A stretch of 64,000 nucleotides of DNA from an uncultured Armatimonadetes bacterium (GTDB taxonomy: Bacteria; Armatimonadota; Hebobacteria; Hebobacterales; Hebobacteraceae), in the NCBI GenBank assembly GCA_963716175.1, contig OY970296.1, forward strand, positions 3,456,001-3,520,000, given 5' to 3'. Positions 1 through 10,910 of this stretch are shown one piece after another (the first letter of the stretch is position 1; the number at the start of each line of letters is the position of its first letter). Made by a program: the position numbers and the translations under genes. The notes beneath the pieces are model-generated. The model was not told the DNA's origin. It ran no database searches and saw only the letters and a list, made by a program, of their open reading frames with translations.

Positions 1-442
1 GATTCCCGGGCTCGCGATCACGACCGACATGATAGTCGGTTATCCGGGCGAGACCGAGGACGAGTTCGAGGAAAGCCTGTCCGTCTACCAAGCGATTGGC
101 TTCGACGCGGCCTTCATGGTCGCGTACTCCCCGCGGCCGGGCACGGCCGCGGCCGCGATGGGCGACCAAGTCCCGCGCAAGCTTGCGCGGGCGCGCCTGC
201 AGAAGCTGATCGCGCGGCAGACTGCGATCACGGTGCAGAGAAACACGGCCGAGTTGGGCCGCGTGGTCGAGGTGCTGGTGGAGGGGCCGGCGGCGAAGGG
301 TGAGGGCCTGCTGGCCGGCAAGACCCGCACCAACAAGCAGGTGGTCTTCGCGGGGGATGAGAAGCTGACCGGCTCACTGGTCAGCGTGCGGCTGAGCGAA
401 GCGAACCTGTGGGGGTTTCGGGGGAACGTGGCGGCCCGATAG
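1..442 (+). CDS. miaB: tRNA-2-methylthio-N6-dimethylallyladenosine synthase MiaB, C-terminal part (5' truncated by window edge)
   Basis: ITTDMIVGYPGETEDEF, YSPRPGT motif and C-terminal TRAM domain (VEVLVEG...GKTRTNKQV). Confidence 0.9.
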   Translation, partial: IPGLAITTDMIVGYPGETEDEFEESLSVYQAIGFDAAFMVAYSPRPGTAAAAMGDQVPRKLARARLQKLIARQTAITVQRNTAELGRVVEVLVEGPAAKGEGLLAGKTRTNKQVVFAGDEKLTGSLVSVRLSEANLWGFRGNVAAR

Positions 443-2143
<1,701 letters not shown>

Positions 2144-2218
2144 GGCAATCTTGGGGGAGTGGGGGAACGTAAGGCAAAAGCGTGCTTCTCCCCTGCCGGC
2201 TGGCCCAGGAGCAATCAC

Positions 2219-2527
2219 ATGAGAAGGAACAGACGACGCGCGAAACTGCAGGTTGAACTGGCCGACGGGGAGATTGTCACGTGCCACATTGTGCAGCAAG
2301 GCACCCGGCGTACTACTACGTTGATAGACGGTGAATGGCCGCATCAGCTCGATAAAGACCGCACGTACGACCTTGAAGCGTTTGTATTCTACGCCGAGCT
2401 GTACAGCCCTCAGTTGCGCGTCCGACGGAGCAGGAGTGCCGTAAGAGCGCGGCTCATCTATGAGGGCGAGTATGAGCACAGCGTGCCCTGGCGGACACTT
2501 CGCACTGCTGATGCCAATCCCATGTGA
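2219..2527 (+). CDS. hypothetical protein
   Basis: ORF with AGGAG RBS before ATG 2219; no recognised family. Confidence 0.45.
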   Translation: MRRNRRRAKLQVELADGEIVTCHIVQQGTRRTTTLIDGEWPHQLDKDRTYDLEAFVFYAELYSPQLRVRRSRSAVRARLIYEGEYEHSVPWRTLRTADANPM

Positions 2528-2660
2528 GTTCGTGGGCCGCGAGCGCGTGAGGCCGGAGGACGTTCGTTGGGCAGGACTAGTGCTCCTGCTATGGAGCGAC
2601 CAGTTCCGTCCAGAATCAGGGGCCATTCCCAAGCGGAGCACGCGACACGCGATCTGCGGC

Positions 2661-2689
2661 TTGACAATGCTCCGCTGCAGCCCTATCCT
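2661..2689 (+). promoter_or_regulatory. sigma70-type promoter
   Basis: TTGACA-17bp-TATCCT upstream of GGAGG RBS and ATG 2711. Confidence 0.55.
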
Positions 2690-2710
2690 GCCAATCAGGG
2701 AGGTACCGCG

Positions 2711-2926
2711 ATGACCAGCCAAGACCATAATGACGACAAGCCTGCAGAACCTTCACAGGAACCAGCCGCTCCAGCCGAGCCTCCTCCGGCCCCGGCGAGT
2801 GACAGCGAGCCCGCTACAGTGCCCCTCGAATACCACACGGCAGCCGATGACGGGCCTCAGGCCAACACTGCGCTACCGACCGAACAGGGGCAGCAACGCG
2901 AGGCCGACGAGGGGAAGAAGAAGTAG
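2711..2926 (+). CDS. small acidic Pro-rich hypothetical protein
   Basis: promoter plus GGGAGG RBS; disordered composition. Confidence 0.45.
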   Translation: MTSQDHNDDKPAEPSQEPAAPAEPPPAPASDSEPATVPLEYHTAADDGPQANTALPTEQGQQREADEGKKK

Positions 2927-3496
2927 GACCAGCGCCCACACGATTCGCCTACCAGCGGCCTTAAGTCGTTCACCGCGAACGCGCGTGACGACCCGCATGG
3001 CGGCCGCCGCCTCGGACAACCAGGCCGCGGCCTTCGCCTTCGCTTCTTCGGGGGTCTTCTCGTGGTCTGCAAATTTCAACGTGTGCCTGCCTGCGGGAGG
3101 GGAAGGCGTATCCTCGGGTCCCCGGGCACTCAGTGATGCCTTGAAGGCGAACACCGCCAGAAGGAAGCTTGGAATGCTCAGCAGGGCAAGCCACCAGCTC
3201 TTGCCCGCCGCGAAACCGCCGGCAATAGCTAGGACTCCAGACATGCCACCGATGTACTGAGCTACGCTGTCGGCCTTTGACTCCAGAATTCTGACTGCTT
3301 CTGCTACTGTTTCATACTCGCTCCTCGCGTACTCGTAGACCCAGTTGTAGTCCACACCGGCCTTGCCTTCATATGAGTCCGCGAATTTCTTCGCCTTCTT
3401 GTAGGCCTCGTCGTCCTTGATCCGCTCCTTCATCGACCCCTGACGAGCCGCCGCGCTTCGCCGACCTCCCTTCGACTCCTGCTGGTTCGCCTTCAT
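2873..3496 (-). CDS. hypothetical 3-TM membrane protein (Pycsar-effector/DUF5706-like layout)
   Basis: G-rich RBS; helix ending ILESKA followed by two TM segments, a loop, and a C-terminal TM after a basic stretch. Confidence 0.55.
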   Translation of the reverse strand: MKANQQESKGGRRSAAARQGSMKERIKDDEAYKKAKKFADSYEGKAGVDYNWVYEYARSEYETVAEAVRILESKADSVAQYIGGMSGVLAIAGGFAAGKSWWLALLSIPSFLLAVFAFKASLSARGPEDTPSPPAGRHTLKFADHEKTPEEAKAKAAAWLSEAAAAMRVVTRVRGERLKAAGRRIVWALVLLLLPLVGLALLPLFGR

Positions 3497-3677
3497 CTGT
3501 CCCCCCTTCCCCTTTCGCATGCCTATCGCGACATTCCCCCTGTTCGTGGGGAACCGAGCCTTGCCTTCTGCCCGTTAATCGGGACGCCCCGCGGCGCTCT
3601 AACCCTATCCGAATCGCCAGCCGCGATCCTGCGCTCAGTGAGAGTAGGCAAGCTCCTGCCCACGCACCGCCCCAAGT

Positions 3678-3788
3678 TGTCATCCTCAGGCGAAGCCGAA
3701 GAGCCTGCCCTGAGCGAAGCCGAAGGGATCACGCCGTTGCGGTCACGAGGTGTGAACAACGGGGTCCTTCGCTCCGCTCAGGATGACA
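3678..3788. repeat. REP-like palindromic element (TGTCATCCTxAG...CTCAGGATGACA)
   Basis: terminal inverted repeats with internal GCGAAGCCGAAG duplication. Confidence 0.7.
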
Positions 3789-3880
3789 CCGAGGGGCGGT
3801 CGCACCTTTGCTTTTGCCAGTTGACTATCACACTTCTGTTTGCTATTATAGCCGGGCCGCCTTTCGCGCCTTCAGGAGTA

Positions 3881-3934
3881 TTGACATACTATATATAGTG
3901 TGGTATGCATAAGTGGAGGTACGGTATCTAGTGA
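3881..3934 (+). promoter_or_regulatory. nrdR-nrdJ promoter with tandem NrdR boxes
   Basis: TTGACA at 3881; ATACTATATATAGTGT (3886-3901) matches NrdR-box consensus acaCwAtATaTwGtgt; weaker second box 3919-3934, 33 bp downstream. Confidence 0.75.
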
Positions 3935-3944
3935 GAGCGCGGCC

Positions 3945-4457
3945 ATGAAGTGCCCCTTTTGCCAGTACGAAGACAGCCGGGTGGTGGATTCCCGGACGGG
4001 TGATGACGGCAGCGTGGTGCGGCGGAGGCGGGAGTGCCCGGAGTGCCACCGGCGGTTCACCACGTACGAGCGGCCGGGCGAGGTGCGCGTGTTCGTGATC
4101 AAGAAGGACGGCCGGCGGGAGCCCTTCGACCGGGCGAAGGTGATCCTGGGGATGACCAAGGCCTGCGAGAAGCGGCCCATCGGCCGGGATGTGATCGAGC
4201 AGGCGGCGGACGAGGTGGAGCGGCGCATCAGGGACGAGCTGGCGGAGGAGGTGTCCAGCAGCGAGATCGGCGCGCTGGTGATGGAGAAGCTGCGCGCGAT
4301 AGACGAGGTGGCCTATGTGAGGTTCGCCTCGGTGTACAAGGAGTTCCGCGACGCCGACTCGTTCCTGAAGGAGGTGGAGGGCCTGGTACGGAAGTCGCGG
4401 ACCCCGGCCCCGACGGCCACCGTATCGAAGTCGGATGATGATGCTGGTCAGCACTAA
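3945..4457 (+). CDS. nrdR: transcriptional repressor NrdR
   Basis: MKCPFC, VVDSR, RRRRECPEC, RFTTYE, ATP-cone, VAYVRFASVY. Confidence 0.97.
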   Translation: MKCPFCQYEDSRVVDSRTGDDGSVVRRRRECPECHRRFTTYERPGEVRVFVIKKDGRREPFDRAKVILGMTKACEKRPIGRDVIEQAADEVERRIRDELAEEVSSSEIGALVMEKLRAIDEVAYVRFASVYKEFRDADSFLKEVEGLVRKSRTPAPTATVSKSDDDAGQH

Positions 4458-4486
4458 TCGCTGCATTCATGGAGAGCAACTAGACT

Positions 4487-6775
4487 ATGGCTAGCTTACC
4501 CTCAGATCTACCCCTGCCGCGATTCTCGGAGAACGCCCTCACGGTATTGCAGAAGCGTTACCTCCGCAAGAACGAAGACGGAATACCGATGGAGGAGCCC
4601 TGGGAGATGTTCTGGCGCGTGGCCCACGATGTGGCCATGGCCAGCCGGCGCTATGACCCGGCGGCGGACGTGGAGGCCGAGGCGCGGGAGTTCTACGAGG
4701 CGATGGCGAGGCTGGAGTTCCTGCCCAACTCGCCCACCCTGATGAACGCGGGGCGGGAGCTGCAGCAGTTGTCGGCCTGCTTCGTGCTCCCGGTGGAAGA
4801 CTCCATGGAGTCCATCTTCGACGCCATCAAGAGCACCGCCCTCATCCACCAGTCCGGCGGCGGCACCGGTTTCTCTTTCTCCCGCCTGCGCCCGAAGGGC
4901 GATATCGTGCAGAAGACGGGCGGCATCGCCTCGGGGCCGGTGTCGTTCATGAAGGTGTTCAACGCCGCGACGGAGGCGGTGAAGCAGGGCGGGACCCGGC
5001 GGGGCGCGAACATGGCCATCCTGCGGGCCGATCACCCGGACATCATCGAGTTCATCACCGCGAAGCGCGATACCTCGGTGCTGACGAACTTCAACATCTC
5101 GGTGGGGCTCACCGAAGAGTTCATGAGGGCGGTTCAGGCCGGGGCGGACTACGACCTGATCAACCCTCGGACCAAGAAGGTGGTGCGCCGGCTGTCGGCG
5201 CGGGAAGTGTTCGATCTGATTGTTGAGAGCGCGTGGGCGACGGGGGAGCCGGGCATCATCTTCCTGGATCGCATCAACCAGTCCAACCCCACCCCCGAGC
5301 TGGGGGCGATCGAATCCACCAACCCCTGCGGCGAGCAGCCTCTGCTGCCCTATGAGGCCTGCAACCTGGGCTCGATCGACCTCGCCCGTTTCCTGACCCC
5401 CGGACCCAGGCCGGAGATAGACTGGGAGCGCCTGGGGCGGATGGTGCGGCTGGGGGTGCGGTTCCTGGACAATGTGATTGATGTCAACAAGTACCCGCTG
5501 CCTGCGATTGATGAGCTGGCGCGGGGCAACCGGAAGATCGGCCTGGGGGTGATGGGGTTTGCGGATATGCTGATCCGGCTGGGCATCCCGTACAACTCAG
5601 AGGCCGGACTCGAGACCGCGGAGCGGGTGACGGGGTTCATCCGGGAGCGCGGCTGGGAGGCCTCGGCGGAGATGGCGCGGGAGCGGGGCGTGTTTCCGAA
5701 TTTCGACCGCAGCCGATTCGCCGAGAGCGGGCCCCGCTTGCGCAATGCCACGGTGACTACCATTGCACCCACCGGTACCCTCTCCATCATCGCCGGGTGC
5801 TCGTCCGGGATCGAGCCCCTGTTCGCAATCGTCTTCACCCGCCGCATCCTGGACGGGCAGGAGCTGGTCGAGGTGCATCCGCTGTTCGAGCAGGTGGCGC
5901 GGGAGCGGGGGTTCTACTCGCAGGAGCTGATGCACGAGATCAGTCAGCACAAGTCGCTGGTGGACGTGGAGGAGGTGCCGGTGGAGGTGCGGCGTCTGTT
6001 CGTGAACGCCTATGACATCCCGCCCGAGTGGCACATCCGGATGCAGGCCCAGGTCCAGAAGCACACGGACAACGCGGTTTCCAAGACCGTCAACTTCCGC
6101 AATGAGGCCACGCAGGAGGACATCCGCCGCGTCTATCTGCTGGCCCATGAGCTGGGGTGCAAGGGGGTGACCGTATACCGGGACGGCTCGCGGGAGGCGC
6201 AGGTGCTGACCACCGGGCAGCGGGCCCCGGTGAAGGTGGAAGGCGCGGCAGTGGTGATGAAGGCCGCCTCCATCGTGCCCCGTCCGCGGCCGGTTCTCAC
6301 CAAGGGCACCACCGAAAAGCTGAGGACGGGCTGCGGGAACCTCTATATCACCATCAACCAGGACGAGGAAGGCCTGTGCGAGGTTTTCACCACCATCGGC
6401 AAGTCCGGCGGGTGCACCGCTTCCCAGTCCGAGGCCACCAGCAGGATGATCTCGCTGGCGCTGCGCTCCGGCGTGGATCCGAACTCGGTGGTGGAGCAGC
6501 TAAAGGGGATTCGTTGTCCCATGCCCTCCTGGGACCAGGGCGCAGTGACTCTGTCCTGCGCGGACGCGATCGGGAAGGCGATCGAGCGCTACCTATCCAG
6601 CAACGGCGGAGGAGGAGACCAGGGCAACCCAGTGGGAGCAAACCCGAAGCCCCTCCCGCAGAGCAATGTAGCGAGCGCGGGCTACAACCCGGAGTGCCCG
6701 GAATGCGGGACGATGCTGGAGCTGCTGGAGGGATGCGTGGTGTGCCGGGCCTGCGGATACTCTCGCTGCGCCTAG
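4487..6775 (+). CDS. nrdJ: vitamin B12-dependent (class II) ribonucleotide reductase with C-terminal TSCPD/Zn-ribbon domains
   Basis: PNSPTLMNAG, TNPCGEQ, TIAPTGT, KGVTVYRDGSR, SCADA, terminal CxxC...CxxCGYSRC. Confidence 0.95.
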   Translation: MASLPSDLPLPRFSENALTVLQKRYLRKNEDGIPMEEPWEMFWRVAHDVAMASRRYDPAADVEAEAREFYEAMARLEFLPNSPTLMNAGRELQQLSACFVLPVEDSMESIFDAIKSTALIHQSGGGTGFSFSRLRPKGDIVQKTGGIASGPVSFMKVFNAATEAVKQGGTRRGANMAILRADHPDIIEFITAKRDTSVLTNFNISVGLTEEFMRAVQAGADYDLINPRTKKVVRRLSAREVFDLIVESAWATGEPGIIFLDRINQSNPTPELGAIESTNPCGEQPLLPYEACNLGSIDLARFLTPGPRPEIDWERLGRMVRLGVRFLDNVIDVNKYPLPAIDELARGNRKIGLGVMGFADMLIRLGIPYNSEAGLETAERVTGFIRERGWEASAEMARERGVFPNFDRSRFAESGPRLRNATVTTIAPTGTLSIIAGCSSGIEPLFAIVFTRRILDGQELVEVHPLFEQVARERGFYSQELMHEISQHKSLVDVEEVPVEVRRLFVNAYDIPPEWHIRMQAQVQKHTDNAVSKTVNFRNEATQEDIRRVYLLAHELGCKGVTVYRDGSREAQVLTTGQRAPVKVEGAAVVMKAASIVPRPRPVLTKGTTEKLRTGCGNLYITINQDEEGLCEVFTTIGKSGGCTASQSEATSRMISLALRSGVDPNSVVEQLKGIRCPMPSWDQGAVTLSCADAIGKAIERYLSSNGGGGDQGNPVGANPKPLPQSNVASAGYNPECPECGTMLELLEGCVVCRACGYSRCA

Positions 6776-6894
6776 CCCAAGCTTGTCCCGAGACCTGAAC
6801 AAGGCGGACCCGGGAGGGCTTGACCAGCCGGTAGCCAGACAGTATGCTGTGGTCGCATCCTCGTGATGGATTTGAGGATAGCAGTCGGGCCCTG

Positions 6895-6934
6895 AAAGCC
6901 ACCTCGACGAAAGCGTCGAGGCGGCTTTTTCTTT
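6895..6934 (+). terminator. intrinsic terminator after nrdJ
   Basis: AAAGCCACCTCGACG-AAAG-CGTCGAGGCGGCTTTTT hairpin plus T tract. Confidence 0.75.
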
Positions 6935-7442
6935 GGGAGAAGCGCCACGAGTGCGCGGCCGGGGCATCGCCCCGGTACAGGTATCGGCACGATCCTGCCG
7001 GCTTCACCTCCTTTGTGCCAGATAACAGCCACGAGCGCTAGCCTGTGTCGCCGCAACAGACAGAGCCGAAGTCGCAAGGAAGGGGCAGTGATCGTGAGGC
7101 CCTCGCGGCGGGGAACCGCCGCGAGGGTCCCGACGGCAAGATGCGGGCGGGCCAGAGGCCGAGCTAACCCCGCCGAGTTCGGCCCCTCCGTCCGCTTAGA
7201 GCGAAGATAGCACGCGAGATCCCAGGGTTGGGGCTGGGGGGGGTGACGCCGAGGGCATCCCAGAACCCGGTCGGTCGTCGGGGCCGGTCCCGCATGAGCC
7301 CGCGGACCAGGGGCAGCAGAGGGCCGGCGTGATGGGCAGCCCAGCACGAGCTGCCTTCAGTAGAGCCAGACGGACCACAGCGATGCCACTCGGCGCTGCG
7401 AACAGGGCGACTCTTGCCTCCGAGTCGCCCTGTTTCGCGTCT

Positions 7443-7645
7443 CCAGTGGTGTTCGCACAGAGAAGCAGTGTGCGAACACCATCGCAAGCGTTTCTGGCGC
7501 GGTCTCTGAGCTTCGCCTCGGGACTCGATCAGGCGAAGCTCACCAGTCGTGTTCGCACACAGAAGTAATGAACGCCGGGCTTCTCAGCGCCCTGGGAAGC
7601 GCCCTGAGGGGTCTCGCCATCACTTCGTTTGGTGAAACCCGTTAG
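7443..7645 (+). mobile_element. MITE family A, one 104-bp copy (7443-7546) plus a degenerate tandem copy
   Basis: GTTCGCACA..TGTGCGAAC and GAGCTTCGCC..GGCGAAGCTC hairpins shared with copies at 17737, 21366 and 49886. Confidence 0.7.
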
Positions 7646-8259
7646 TGGGACTGCTCAGGACCGCTCTCGCCGGCCATCGCCACCGCGGGGCCGGCCGGGG
7701 CGGGCGGCCAGAGGCTGAACAGGTGGGGCACGATGACACGCCCTCGAATGGCGGCGACCGAGAGCATGCCGAAGCGACGGCTGTCGTAGGAGTTCGCCCC
7801 CGCATCGCCGAGCACGAAGACGCAGCCTGGCGGCACGCGGAGGCGAACCAGGTGGCCCAGGCTGGGATAGCGGCGGAGCAGATCGCGCGCCTGGGGGGCG
7901 CGATCGGGCGACAGCACCCAGGAGAGCTGCCCCTCCTCAGCCGGGGCCGCTACCCCCCACACCTCATCTCCTGCTACCGCGTAGACGCGCTTGAGGTAGG
8001 TCTGTCCATTGAAGCCGAACAGGACCACGTCGCCCCGTCCGACAGTCGCGTCACGGCTCAGTAGGGAGAGCAGAAAGACCTGTCCACTTCGGAAAGTCGG
8101 GGCCATGGACTCGCCCAGGACAACTCCTGGGCGCAACGGGGATGCAGCCAGGCCTATGGTCAAGCACATGCCGAGGAAGACCAGAGTGCGAATGCGCTCC
8201 GCCCTATCCGGCGGCGCCGGAGTCCCACTTCTCGCTACCTGCCATCGCCCGCGGAGCAT
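7642..8259 (-). CDS. lepB: signal peptidase I
   Basis: GESMAPT (catalytic Ser), YLKRV (Lys), FVLGD..NSYDSRRFG. Confidence 0.85.
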   Translation of the reverse strand: MLRGRWQVARSGTPAPPDRAERIRTLVFLGMCLTIGLAASPLRPGVVLGESMAPTFRSGQVFLLSLLSRDATVGRGDVVLFGFNGQTYLKRVYAVAGDEVWGVAAPAEEGQLSWVLSPDRAPQARDLLRRYPSLGHLVRLRVPPGCVFVLGDAGANSYDSRRFGMLSVAAIRGRVIVPHLFSLWPPAPAGPAVAMAGESGPEQSH

Positions 8260-8308
8260 CTGGTATGCCTGCCGTTAGCAGTATTCCACGGCCTCGGTCT
8301 CTCGAACC

Positions 8309-8707
8309 TCACCCGCTGGCGATAACCTGCACCAGGACCCGCCGGCTTCTGGGGCCGTCGAACTCGCAGAAGTAGATCCCCTGCCAGGTGCCGAGTACAA
8401 GGCGCCCCTTCTCTACCGGGAGGGTCGCGGACAGCCCCACCAGGCTGGCCTTGACGTGGGCATCGGAGTTGCCCTCTCCATGGTCATACGGACCGTGCCG
8501 AGGCACCAGTCGGGAGAGCGTGGCCAAGACATCGGCCATCACATCCGGGTCTGCATTCTCATTGACCGTGATGCCACCGGTAGTATGCGTGCTGCACACG
8601 ACAGCAACGCCCCGGTCAACGTTTGTTTTTGCTACAGCGGACTGGACCTGTGCGGTAATATCAACATATTCACACCTAGCCTTGGTCCCAATATCTATTA
8701 TCTGCAC
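8309..8707 (-). CDS. yjbQ: YjbQ/UPF0047 family protein (secondary thiamine-phosphate synthase)
   Basis: HTTGGITVNENADPDV, EGNSDAHVK, LGTWQGIYFCEFDGPR. Confidence 0.92.
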   Translation of the reverse strand: MQIIDIGTKARCEYVDITAQVQSAVAKTNVDRGVAVVCSTHTTGGITVNENADPDVMADVLATLSRLVPRHGPYDHGEGNSDAHVKASLVGLSATLPVEKGRLVLGTWQGIYFCEFDGPRSRRVLVQVIASG

Positions 8708-8717
8708 CAGAATCCTC

Positions 8718-10685
8718 TCAAGATAGGTCCTCGACGCCAGCGCGTAGGAGTTCAGCTACGCTCCAGGCCTGGGCGATGCAGCCACGCGGGCGGTGAGGCG
8801 GGTCACCGTCGAAGATCTCCGAAACCTGCCCCAGCCCGGCATCCCGCAGGTGAGTCCAGAGTGACTGCAGCCAGTCACGGGCTTTGGCTTGCGCCTTGCT
8901 CCTGTCGTCGCTCACGCTGACGTAGGCGGTGATGAACGGGCCCAGCAGCCAGGGCCACACGGTACCCTGGTGGTAAGCGCCGTCCCGGGAGCGCTGGTCG
9001 CCAGAGCACTGCCCCCGATAGCGTGGGTCGTGAGGGGAAAGGGTCCGCAATCCGTAGGGAGTGAGCAGGTCTCGGCGCACCGCGGCCACGACCTGTCGGC
9101 CGCGCTCACGCGGCAGGATGGGGTAGGGGAGGCTGACCGCGAGGATCTGATTGGGCCGAAGGGAGCTGTCCTCGGCCGCATCTCCGTCCACCACATCGTT
9201 GAGGTAGCCCGCCCGCTGGTTCCAGAAGCGCGCTTGGAAGCTGGCGGCGACTCGAGCGGCAGGCGGCCCCGCGCGCTGGGCGCCCAGGTCGTCGAGGAAG
9301 CGAAGGGCGTGGTACCAGAGGGCATTCACTTCCACCGCCTTGCCGTGGCGGGGGGTCACCACCCAGTCATCCACCTTGGCATCCATCCACGTGAGCTGCG
9401 TACCGCGCTCACCGGCCCGCAGCAAGCCGTCGGAATCCATCCCGATGCCGTAGCGGGTTCCGCGCACATGCCAGGCGACAGCATCCAACAGCACCGGGAG
9501 CAGCTCGTCGGTGATGAAGGCGCGGTCGCCGCTGTAGTCGAGGTACTTGTGGGCGGCCCAGAACATCCAGAGGGTGGCGTCCACGCTGTTGTAGTCAGGC
9601 GGGTGAGAGAGATCCGGGATGCGGTTGGGGATCATGCCCTGCGAGCAGTGGCTGGCGAAGGTGCGAAGCACCGCCCTGGCGATGTCGTAGCGTCCGGTGA
9701 CGAGGGTCAGCCCAGGCAGACTGATCATGGCATCGCGGCCCCACTCCTCGAACCAGTGGTAGCCGGCGATGATGCCGCGGGAGGCGGGGGAGGTTTCAGG
9801 GCCGGCGCGGCCGACGATGAAGGTGTCGGCCGCGCTGACCAGTGACTGCATCGGCGCAGGCTCGTCCTGCCAGGTGGCGAGCAGGGAAGCGCGGCGCGCC
9901 CGCTCTGCTTCCATCAGCTCGCCCGGGTCGAGATCCTCTGGGGGTCGTGTGGAGGCGACCAGATAGTGAGTCTCGCCCTGGTCGAAGTTGCAGGTGAAGA
10001 AGCCCGGGCTGTAGAGGTCCTCGCGGAAGTCGAGCCCGCGCGCGGCCTCCTGAGCGTACTCGAAGTTGCGGTACCAGTCGCCCCAGGGCTCGAAGTAGGC
10101 GTGCGGGAAGTGGAGGTGGAGTTCAGGCCCCGCGGGGTAGGGATGCACCGTCACCACGTCTCGGGCGCCCGAGATCTTCGCATTGGTGTCGAACTGGGGG
10201 TTCTCCTGCATCAGGTCGTGGTGATCGCGGCAGTTGACCAGAGGCCGAACGATCAGGCTCACCGTGCCGGGCGCCGAGAGTAGGCGATAGCGCACGATCA
10301 CCTCGGGCCGCCCCTGGCACATGGCCACGGTCTTCTCGATCCGGGTGGGGATTCCGTCGCCGACTTCGTAGACGAATGTGGGGAAGGGATCGAGGCGGAA
10401 CTCGAGCAGATGGCGGTGGCCCTGGGGATGGATCACGCCCGGGTATTGGTTGCAGGAGAGATCGTACTCGACCTCGCGCACGGCAAGGGTTTCCTCCAGC
10501 TTCGAGAGCAGAACGGTGCGCTGAGTCGGAGGCTGGAGGGCGGTGACCAGCAAGGCATGGTAGCGGCGAGCGTTGGCTCCGACGATGGTGGAGGAGGCGT
10601 AACCACCAAGGCCATTGGTCTCGAGCCACTCCTTGGTTATGCCGGCGCCGAAGTCCCTGCAGATCTCGGGCCCGAAGGCGATCAC
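8718..10685 (-). CDS. glycogen debranching enzyme (amylo-alpha-1,6-glucosidase)
   Basis: EWLETNGLGGYAS, IIAGYHWF..WGRD, LTWMDAK, YHQGTVWPW, QAWSVAE. Confidence 0.92.
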   Translation of the reverse strand: MIAFGPEICRDFGAGITKEWLETNGLGGYASSTIVGANARRYHALLVTALQPPTQRTVLLSKLEETLAVREVEYDLSCNQYPGVIHPQGHRHLLEFRLDPFPTFVYEVGDGIPTRIEKTVAMCQGRPEVIVRYRLLSAPGTVSLIVRPLVNCRDHHDLMQENPQFDTNAKISGARDVVTVHPYPAGPELHLHFPHAYFEPWGDWYRNFEYAQEAARGLDFREDLYSPGFFTCNFDQGETHYLVASTRPPEDLDPGELMEAERARRASLLATWQDEPAPMQSLVSAADTFIVGRAGPETSPASRGIIAGYHWFEEWGRDAMISLPGLTLVTGRYDIARAVLRTFASHCSQGMIPNRIPDLSHPPDYNSVDATLWMFWAAHKYLDYSGDRAFITDELLPVLLDAVAWHVRGTRYGIGMDSDGLLRAGERGTQLTWMDAKVDDWVVTPRHGKAVEVNALWYHALRFLDDLGAQRAGPPAARVAASFQARFWNQRAGYLNDVVDGDAAEDSSLRPNQILAVSLPYPILPRERGRQVVAAVRRDLLTPYGLRTLSPHDPRYRGQCSGDQRSRDGAYHQGTVWPWLLGPFITAYVSVSDDRSKAQAKARDWLQSLWTHLRDAGLGQVSEIFDGDPPHRPRGCIAQAWSVAELLRAGVEDLS

Positions 10686-10848
10686 GGTAGGTCACCCCGA
10701 GCTATGGTTTAGCCCAGTTCAGCGGCAGTCCTGCCGCAGGGATGACCGAACGGGCCCGAGCCCGAGGCCACTGGAACTCTTCCCCGGCGGAAGAGTAGGT
10801 CGCTGTTCTGTAGGGCGGGCACGCCTGTGCGCGCCGAGGCAGGTCGCG

Positions 10849-10902
10849 TGGCTAGGCCTGCTTTGCAGGCCGCCACCCCGGCCGCCGCAGGCGGCCTAGG
10901 GG
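10849..10902 (+). repeat. family D element (TGGCTAGG..GGCCGCCACCCCGGCC..CCTAGG) nested in a GGCAGGTC/GACCTGCC REP hairpin
   Basis: homologous to 28956, 32818, 35827 and 42825 copies. Confidence 0.65.
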
Positions 10903-10910
10903 GACCTGCC

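Noticed and set aside
3790-4486. Cobalamin riboswitch upstream of nrdJ
   Set aside because: No B12-box-like sequence seen; NrdR boxes explain the regulation.
6815-6835. HEARO/omega-RNA-like motif GGGCTTGACCAGCC
   Set aside because: Short match only; no downstream conserved elements and no iscB/tnpB nearby.
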